Translations under genes and position numbers: made by a program
NCBI GenBank assembly: GCA_012295275.1
Contig: CM022672.1
Location: 2,666,001-2,730,000, forward strand
Source of the DNA: Chrysomallon squamiferum
Lineage: Eukaryota > Animalia > Mollusca
Length of the DNA stretch: 64,000 nt
Direction of reading: 5' to 3'
Part shown: piece after piece, positions 55,106 through 64,000 of the stretch
Layout: each line of letters begins with the position of its first letter
Position numbering within the stretch: the stretch's first letter is position 1
Notes under the pieces: generated by a model
What the model was told of the DNA's origin: nothing
The model's input: the letters and a program-made list of their open reading frames with translations, nothing else
Databases searched by the model: none

Positions 55106-55254
55106 TTAATACTTGATAATCTTTATGCAAGTTTTTATGATAATACTTTCTTAAAATACTTGAATCACATGAGAGTATGGTAATTATTAATTACAAATTT
55201 AAAGAAATAAATAACTTACCATATGTACATATTTGTAGTCAACTTTTTTTTTCC

Positions 55255-55331
55255 TCACAGTAATTCACCATCTTTTATTATGTGGTTATTTAGCCATTTC
55301 ATCATTCCAAATGTTCTGACCCTTTTCTTTC
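55255..55331 (-). CDS. DEK_C-SWIB gene exon 9 (stop TGA)
   Basis: Acceptor TTTTCAG|, GKKRVRTFGMMKWLNNHIIKDGELL*. Confidence 0.92.
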
Positions 55332-58300
55332 CTGAAAATAAATAAATAAATAAATAAAAAAAAAATGAATGAATGAATTAAAGAATAACTGAATAAATAA
55401 CTACACACTGAATAGTTTGCAATGAGTAACTTCTTTTTTTTTTTTTTTTTTTCACAATTCAAACAATTAGTTTTGAACATTTTACAAATTATGGTAAAAA
55501 CATAATAATAAAAAAAAAAAAAAAAATGAAAAGAAAAGAACACAGAATTTACATCAAGTCATAAAAGTATATGTTATTTTATTTTTCATTTTATTTACTG
55601 CATGTAATTAATATAAGACCACTAATCCAAAATATTCCTTACCAAATATTTTTTGAAGTTGGCTATCACAGATCATATATTGTTTATTTTTGGGATCCTG
55701 AAATCAAAATAATTTATTATAACATGAAATAAAGACATGAAAATCAATAATGTTGAAAACATTAAATTCAACACACACACACAGACATTGCATTTTAAAC
55801 TGTAGATAAAAATATTTTACAGCTGTATAGTGACTAATAAATAATATTTATAAATTTATAATAATAATAACAACAATAATATAATTAAGTGGAACAACTG
55901 ATAACAATGTCAAATGTATTTATCATTTCTATTTAACACTAAGTCATACATGCTGACTTAAGTAAAAGAAATACACAGTTATGAACTTCAACTTTATGGA
56001 TGTTTAGAAAAACACTCACATTAATGTCACACTCATGCATGCACACAAACACACAAAATAAAATTTTAACATCTATTATTAAAATTAATTAATTTTAATT
56101 TTCTTATTCTCTAATATTTGCAAGTATAAAATAAACAGAATTTAGCAACATACCATAAGTTCTCTCTCTTTTACCACAGCCCACATTCTCTTCACTATTT
56201 CATGCCTTGCCATCTGAAAATTAAAACTACCTCATCAAAAACATCAACAACATAATTACCATTCAAATTCTTAAATAAAATGATTAAATATCAGAAGTTA
56301 GATAATGTTATCACTTAATCTTGGAATGACAGCAGAAATGACAACAAGTATATCAATGTACACAAATACAGTCACTACATTATATACATGCATACATACA
56401 ACATGAATAACACATTCACACCCAGATATACATACATATTTATTAAATGTCTAGTTACATGGACATAGCGGTTTCTCATGAGATTAACATTCATTCACAT
56501 GAAATAAACGCCACCTGAAATAAAGCAATACTTTACAGTTTACTACTTTTGAGAACACGAAACTGAAAATAAATTTGTGAAGAAAGAACAACAGAGCTTC
56601 TTCAGTATAATATGAATATAAAGAAATCATTACCAGAAATGTTTTTTCTTCTTATTAACATAATTTCATGATTATTTCTGATACTAGTATTATTTACAAC
56701 TTACCTGTTCAGCACCCAGTACTTCTGCTAACTCTGGTGACAACCGACATGGCTTGGAATATGTACTAGACCCACCTTACAATGAAAAAGAAAAGAAAGA
56801 AAATTAAATAAATTTTGTATTTAAAATTAAATGCAAAAAATATGACTACTGATATGACTTGGAATATGTAGTAGACCACCTTATAATTAAAATTAAATTA
56901 CAAACTAAGAAAAAGAATGACTGTTTCACAACACATCATAACAAAAATATGGATGTCTGAGAGATATAAAAATAGAATGTGTCACTGGTGATATGAAGAA
57001 GTGGTCTAAATATGCTCTTCTTCAACTCATGGATCATACAATACAGACTGTGGTGTGCATATCTATCAAACAAGTAAAGATTAGAAATTAAAAAAAATTA
57101 TTTCAGAATACAGCATGAGTATGTTTAAGATTTTTTTTTATCCCAAAACAGAATTTATGTAACAAACAAAATGTAAGTATATGAATGAACATTTCCTGAA
57201 CCAAGAAAATGTAAAATGTGCTAGATTCCAGACATTGTTTACTTATTTTGATAAAATGGTAAATAAACTCACTCTTTTTCTTCTTCTCATTATCATCTTT
57301 CTTTTTCTTTAGGGGCTAAAAAGAAAAACAAACAAAAAATATATTAAAAAAATAAGAAAATAAAATAAAACTATTATTCTCTCAACTGTAGCTATAAACA
57401 AAATGGAGCCATAATTCCCACTCCTGCTGGTTTGCTGAACGTTGTTTGCATTGCATGTTAGCCATCCAGGTTTGTTAGTCACACTAAACAGCATGAGGAA
57501 GAACACTCGCCCCCACAAATTTATTTATTTATTTATTTATTTTTTAAATCTAATTCTACTCTTATTTCTACAAGGCAAAGAAATATTCTGATCGTTTTTG
57601 AACCTACTGATATTAAATGCTAAACGACAGAACAGAGTAGGAAAACATGCAACCTACAAGTTATTAAAAATACAAACAGCATGCACTGAAAGATAATAAG
57701 TTTTACACATTAAAATATTTTAATAATAAAAACATTTTTAACAGAGTTAATCTGTTCCAATTGCACATAAAATGTATGGCAACTCTGCTTTACAGGAAAT
57801 TGGATTTATGGCTATTTCATCCATTGTGAGATGAACTAGATGAAATTGGCTGGTGACAAGACAGACCTAAAATATAAACATCATTTCATCATAAACACTA
57901 AAGTTATTATAGACCAGAACATTTTATATGTTTTGTGAAGGAAAGAAAAAGTATAAATATTTGGTACATTCAATACTGAACACCATTTAATCTTCCATGT
58001 ATACAATAAAAACAACATAAAGTATAAACCTCCTGACAAATAGATTTAACCATTTGTACCAATATATAAACATTAACCATAAATGCACCCACATAAATGC
58101 TAATACAAATACACACAGACACACATGATCACACTGAACAACACACAGAACATGTACATGGACATTACAAATGTTTTCTCACAGCTGCTTTCTTGGTTCC
58201 TTTCCTCCGAGGCCTTCCAGTATCCTCCTCTTCTTGTAGCTGTCTGGCCAGCTCTGCATCATCCTAATCAACAGTACAAATTATTAATGTCTGTCTGTCT

Positions 58301-61300
58301 GTCCAAAACACTCACTTCAATTACATCAACCTTAGCTTATATATAGCAGTAAAACTAAATTTTTAATATGCCCATTTAAAAAATATATTTATCTATCAAA
58401 ATAGAAATAATCATATTTAATTAAATATGTGTTAATCTTCATTAATATAATAAATGGTTAATATGCCCTTTTGAGAAATGCATTTGTCTACAACCCAAAT
58501 ATAAACAAAGATATTTAATTAAATTATGCCAGTCTGCATGAAACATTGGGTTATTAGTTGTGTTTAGATTATTTTGGATCAGTGCTGACCGAGTCTAAAT
58601 GTTATAGTTGTTAATGATATAATAAATTAATGCCCATTTGTGAGACACCTTTGTCTGCTTAGCTATAAACAATCATATTTAATTAAATACGCCACATATG
58701 TTAATCTCCATGAAGTATTATAATAAATCATTAATGCCCACTTAAGAAATATACTTGATTATCCAATTAAAAAATAAATAAAAACAAAAATAAAAATTAA
58801 AAAAACAAAAAAAAATAAAAACTTTAAAGAAATCAAACAAACAACATATTTTTGTAATAAAATACATGTTATTCCTCATATAGAAATTATTAAATATATT
58901 AATGTTCAAACACATGTTAACTGTAATGGTTGAACTCCATGAAGCTATGAAATAAAATACAAATGTTAATTTAAGAAATACATTAAATTATTCATACATA
59001 AATTAAAATGTTGGAAAACTACTGTACACATCCTGGTAGCATAAACAAAACCACTGCTGAGCCAGTGCACTTTAACAACACACATGTCTTTACATTTAAG
59101 GTTTATCATTCATTAAACAAATTCATGACTGGAAAATATAAATCTTACAATACTATTCTCCAAAAATGTGTTAATGTGGAAACTGAAATCCTTTTGTTTT
59201 TGATATTACATCACACGTTTTTGTGTAAATATTCATAAAAATTATAGCAATAAATTACTGTTTTTGAACACAAGGTGACACTTTACTGTCAGTGGGTTGA
59301 TGAAATGTTAACTCCCTCTTTTTACACCCTCATTCATATTAATCAAACATGATAAAGAACATCACGTATTATAGCATTGCATTTATCCTTTCACTGAGTA
59401 ATTAAAAATCCTCCCAGCCCAGCAGAATCAACAAGACTGCTAGGTAAGTTGCTGACCTAGCACATGACAGCATGAACTGGGCTGTTAGGAAGTCTGGGCA
59501 TCTTTGGGGGGTGGGGAAATGTGTGTGTGCTTCTTGCAGCACAATATCAAGAATTCTTATTTAAGGTCATGAGGTAAATCTGCTTTCTGCAGTTAAAGTA
59601 AAGAATTCTGAGTGGTTAAAGGATAATAATAATATCAGTTCAGAATTTTCTTTTTCAGAAAAAAGAAAATAAGAAAAATAAAAAAAGTAAATAAATAATG
59701 AAACAAAATTTAAATATTATTATTTCAAGACAGGCAACCTTACATGTAAAATCATATATCCATATGGATATGTGGTCATACACAATTGTTATCTGACTAT
59801 GTTGCCAAAATTGGTTTCCAGTTTTCAGTAACTTTGGGCAATGACTGACTGACTGAATGAATTAATATTAAAACAAAATAGCAACTCATTTTAATGGTTA
59901 ATATCTGTTGTATGTCAAAAATGTTTGTGGTTGTTTATTGAGATGACATGAGAGGAAACATGATTTAGCTGTAGTGGAGTCTTGCTCCTTGCTCCTATAT
60001 CATTATCAACTAAAAGGAGACCAATGAAATTTCATATTTAATATTATGAAACAGGATTTTTTTTAACAATGTTTTGATACAAACTGAATACAAATAATGT
60101 TCAATTTACAGAATTAAATAAATTAAAACTAAAACCAGTGTTAAATGATGTTAACTTTATACCTTTGAAACTTTGGGAGAATCTGTGGATTTTTTCTTCT
60201 TCCGTTGTGGTTCTCGCTACAATGAAGAAAAGACAAAAGATGTTCCTTAATAAAAACATGTATAACATGTGACACAGTGTAAGCACTTTTATGTATTTCT
60301 GTATCAATGTTTCATCTCTTTCTGGAAAGCAGCTTTTGATCATAATCACAAACAATATTATTATATACTTGTATGTGTGTTTGTGTTTGTATAGCTATTT
60401 ATCTATCTATAAATTAAAATTGTACAATTCTATTTTTGTTCAAAGCATCAGTGGTTTAGAACAATTAGAGGAAGAATGGCTATGCAGCTAATAATATTGT
60501 TATTTTTTAAATTATTAAGTGTTACTATTAGACTACCTCTTCATCAGATAATGAAACATCACCATCGGAGCTTGAATGTTCTGAGTTTTCACTTTCGCTG
60601 CTGTTACTGTCTGGTTTTTGTTTGCCATTTTTTTCTTTGTTACTTGATTTTCTTTTTGCTGGTGATGCTGGTTCCAGACTGTTGTCAGATTCACCTTCAG
60701 TCTGACTAGATTCTGTGATACATTTCATAACAAGTTTATCAATTTCTTCCTTCCTGAAATTAATATTCAAGTAAGGACTTACTGAATGAAGACAACAAAT
60801 AAAAAATAAAAATAAAATATAATAAATTAAAAATAAAATAAATCTAAAATATCAAAAAACAAATGAATTAATCTATACCACAGATATTTCTTTAAAAATA
60901 ACAATACTTTCTACACTGCTTTTACCTCCATTAAACAGAAAGGTACAATAGCATCCCAACTCTCGTTTCCTTTTAAATGTAATAGAAAATAAAACCTATT
61001 TACTATTGACTGTGTTGTGAAGAGGAATACATAATTATAATTATGCGAAATGTAATGTAAAATAATTTATGACTACTATGTTCGCTCTTAAATATACATC
61101 ATGTTTTTGTGATTAAAAAAAAAAAAAAAAAAAAAATATTAGAAATGGTCGTGTTTAAAAAAATTTTGAATTCACAACAATGCTAGTATACAAAGTCGGT
61201 AAATATGCCACAATAAACACGTATATCAAATCATATTTCCTTGTGTGGGCCCCTGTGGCGAACTGCCGGTCACGTGGCTTCCCTCGCCAATACACATGTA

Positions 61301-61664
61301 AACAAACAAGGGCGTTTACTAAAGAAATGGTTCATTATAATTTGTCCCTTAAAACTTAAACATACCTGTGAATATCTATAGTCGACACATAAGATATTAG
61401 TACCTTTCGGTGAAGTCTACATTATATTCTTCTTCTAGTTTTCTTCGTACTTTTTTTGCAGATAATGTGTCCAGGTCTGCCCCTTTCAATATTTCTATAA
61501 AATAAAAAGGTAAAAGAAAATAAATTGACTTTATTTTAAGAATGATCGACTTCATTGTATTTACATTTGAATATGATGATCCTGAGATCTACACAGTCAT
61601 AAATAAGAGAGAACGTACGTTTTATACTTTCTCGGAGTTCAGCAGTTTTCACATTGTTCGCCAT
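55255..61664 (-). CDS. DEK_C + SWIB/MDM2 domain protein (upstream activation factor subunit UAF30/Spp27/Tri1-like), 9 coding exons: complement(join(55255..55331,55643..55697,56154..56213,56705..56775,57273..57315,58183..58263,60537..60753,61404..61494,61619..61664)), 246 aa
   Basis: Hand-spliced translation: N-terminal DEK_C-like MANNVKTAELRESIKQILKGADLDTLSAKKVRRKLEEEYNVDFTERKEEIDKLVM, charged linker, then C-terminal SWIB YSKPCRLSPELAEVLGAEQMARHEIVKRMWAVVKERELMDPKNKQYMICDSQLQKIFGKKRVRTFGMMKWLNNHI. All introns GT-AG, phases consistent, 741 nt. Confidence 0.93.
55643..55697 (-). CDS. DEK_C-SWIB gene exon 8
   Basis: Acceptor TTTCAG|, DPKNKQYMICDSQLQKIF, donor G|GTAAGG. Confidence 0.93.
56154..56213 (-). 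CDS. DEK_C-SWIB gene exon 7
   Basis: Acceptor TTTTCAG|, MARHEIVKRMWAVVKERELM, donor ATG|GTATGT. Confidence 0.93.
56705..56775 (-). CDS. DEK_C-SWIB gene exon 6 (SWIB start)
   Basis: Acceptor GTAAG|, SGSSTYSKPCRLSPELAEVLGAEQ, donor CAG|GTAAGT. Confidence 0.9.
57273..57315 (-). CDS. DEK_C-SWIB gene exon 5 (Lys-rich)
   Basis: Acceptor TTTTTAG|, PLKKKKDDNEKKKK, donor A|GTGAGT; supplies the phase 0 to phase 1 bridge. Confidence 0.85.
58183..58263 (-). CDS. DEK_C-SWIB gene exon 4
   Basis: Acceptor ATTAG|, DDAELARQLQEEEDTGRPRRKGTKKAA, donor |GTGAGA; phase 0-0. Confidence 0.9.
58364..58765. repeat. Degenerate ~100-bp tandem repeat in intron 3 of the DEK_C-SWIB gene
   Basis: Recurrent ATGCCC(A)TTT...AGAAAT...TTTGTCT...TATAAACAATCATATTTAATTAAAT...GTTAATCT units, about 4 copies. 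Confidence 0.7.
60537..60753 (-). CDS. DEK_C-SWIB gene exon 3
   Basis: Acceptor TTTCAG|, RKEEIDKLVMKCITESS...SLSDEE, donor GAG|GTAGTC; within ORF-track 60528..60770. Confidence 0.9.
61404..61494 (-). CDS. DEK_C-SWIB gene exon 2 (DEK_C core)
   Basis: Acceptor TTATAG|, QILKGADLDTLSAKKVRRKLEEEYNVDFTE, donor AG|GTACTA. Confidence 0.93.
61619..61664 (-). CDS. DEK_C-SWIB gene exon 1
   Basis: Kozak AACATGG, MANNVKTAELRESIK, donor C|GTACGT. Confidence 0.88.
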
Positions 61665-62338
61665 GTTGGTGTTTAAATAAGAAAAGATAACTCTAATTTC
61701 TAAGATTCAAATGCATTATGTTTCTGTCGCTGCAAAAATCGTTATATATTATTGTTGGATCAAATCAAGTAGACTTTCCATTCCAATAATTATATTAAGT
61801 TATTTTTCTTTTTGCATTAAGCTATATTTTTTTTCTTGCCGACAATTAAAATATTGCTAATATTAGTATGATAAAAATGACAATATCGGCGAGAAGTTGA
61901 TGCATAATGATTTTGTTTTTACACCTGTTGAACAAAAATATCAAAAATAGTGTTGCAATGACCCAGATGTTTCTATGTCAAACAAATCATCTTAGAGCAT
62001 ATAATACGATTACATTCCTATAATATTATTATTCTTTCGAAAAGTAATTTTCATTTAAGATGAACTTTTTATTTTATTAGCACATAGTGACAGCAACAGC
62101 AACAGCAGACGTGGTAGTAGTAGTAGTAGTACATATTTAACAGGGAATTAGAGCTTGTGTAACTAAAAGGAAGAAATCCTTTATGCTGTATTTCCGTAAG
62201 TACGGCATACCAGAGGTAAAACGTTTTGCAGACTTTAATAAAATAAAGAGCAAGTCAGAATCAAATTAATAATAAATTTCGCGTTAATGACGACTCTCGG
62301 ACATTCAAATGTTTTTGTTCCTTCTTATTTATTAATTA

Positions 62339-62390
<52 letters not shown>

Positions 62391-63326
62391 TTATTTTATT
62401 TTATTTTTTTTTTATTATTATTATTTTCTTACCCATGTTCTTAGAATATCAAAGGGACGTTACTCTTGTTGGTTTGATACCCAAATTTAATTTGTAAGTT
62501 AATTATAAGACTTCAGTCTTTATTTCAGCGCGGAAAGAAATAAGAATGAATGAATTAATAATTCAATTAATTGGCTAATTTTCACTTTTTGTTCATTCAT
62601 TTATTCTTTAATACATTTTAAAATTTCAAAGTTTGGGTGAGATGCTGGCTATAGGTTGATTTCAGTGCTCATGCGCACGCTATTTTTAAAATTTATTTCT
62701 TTTCTTTGAATTTGCGTCATACAACTGTCTGACAACGGAAAACGGCCGTTAACGAAACGTTATTTTTAAATTGTGGAATTTCCAAAAGCTGGATACGTTA
62801 AAATTATTTGGGAATGTTTTACATGTAATCATTACAGTGCCGATATGTATTTTACACATAATTAGCGATACCTAAAAGTTAAATTAATCTAATTATTTAC
62901 TGTAAAATAATCTTATACCCTTATTCATTACAAAATGCCACTTAAATAATAACAATAAATATAAAAAATAATTAAAGAACAAAATAAAATAAAATAAAAT
63001 AAAATAAAATAAAATAAAATAAATATTTTCCAGGAATTGATGAGAAATACGTTCAAAAGATCTATATAATCAGGAAAAATTTGCATTTAATTATTTAATT
63101 TTATTGGACTGTAAAAGACCAATTAATTAATAATAATAATAATAAAAATATATATATATATAAAATAAAAAAGCAAAGCAAAAAATCCTGAAGAAACAAA
63201 ACAAAACAATAAAACAAACGACAGAGAAACAGAAATGACATTCAGGTGATAAAACAAATTTTTTAAATTAGCACTACATTTAGACAAGACTGTAACTGAC
63301 AGACAATTCTCTTTTGTACACAAACA

Positions 63327-63480
<154 letters not shown>

Positions 63481-64000
63481 GTAATGGTATCAGTAACTGG
63501 ATTCCAAATGATCGTTAGCATATATTATTTACTTTATCTTTATACAAATATTCACTGATTCATTTTAAAAATACACTTCTCTGCATAACAAGTCTAAACT
63601 GTTAATATTAAGTTTATTGCATCGATCCACGTTCATTGTTGTTGTTATTTATTTATTTTATTTATTTATTTATTTATTTGTTTCATTTATTTATTTATTT
63701 TATTTTATTTTATTTATTTATTTATTATTATTATTATTATTATTTATTATTTTATTATTATTTTTAATTTTATTTAATTTTATTTTTTTTTGTATCTATA
63801 ATGAAACAAGACAGATTTTTCTTTTAATCTCAAAAGCTATATTTGCTACAATTACATTAAAACCTTCTTTTCAACTGTTCTGGTATACTTCTGAAAACGT
63901 TTTAACGGTATTAAAAAAAAAAATAAAAAAAAATAAAAAAATAATAATAGTAATAAAATAAATTTAAAAAAACAACAAAAAACCAAATTTTTTATTTTTT

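Overview
AT-rich, microsatellite-dense eukaryotic (animal) DNA with GT-AG spliced genes. The repeat content looks mollusc/gastropod-like, which is an inference from remembered SINE consensus. Two convergent protein-coding genes were reconstructed by hand with consistent exon phases. (1) On + is a 6-exon Mad/MXD/MXI1-family bHLH-ZIP repressor (8199-14329, 206 aa: N-terminal SID, bHLH-ZIP, Ser/acidic tail). It is preceded by about 8 kb of CpG-retaining, motif-rich regulatory DNA. (2) On - is a 9-exon DEK_C + SWIB/MDM2 protein of the UAF30/Spp27/Tri1 type (61664-55255, 246 aa). Between them lie about 35-40 kb with no recognisable coding exon. This interval is CpG-depleted, carries decayed SINE-like copies, and is interrupted by three CpG-retaining islands (about 23.3-23.8, 29.8-31.4 and 46.9-47.4 kb). 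Almost all ORF-track entries are microsatellite or chance ORFs. No tRNA, rRNA, CRISPR array or intact transposon ORF was seen. The most notable extras are a phase-compatible candidate SID-less alternative first exon of the Mxd gene, a dispersed AAGGGAANTAACTC motif, FOXO/E-box clusters, an orphan promoter-like island and a duplicated poison-type splice acceptor. No clearly novel multi-gene system could be supported.
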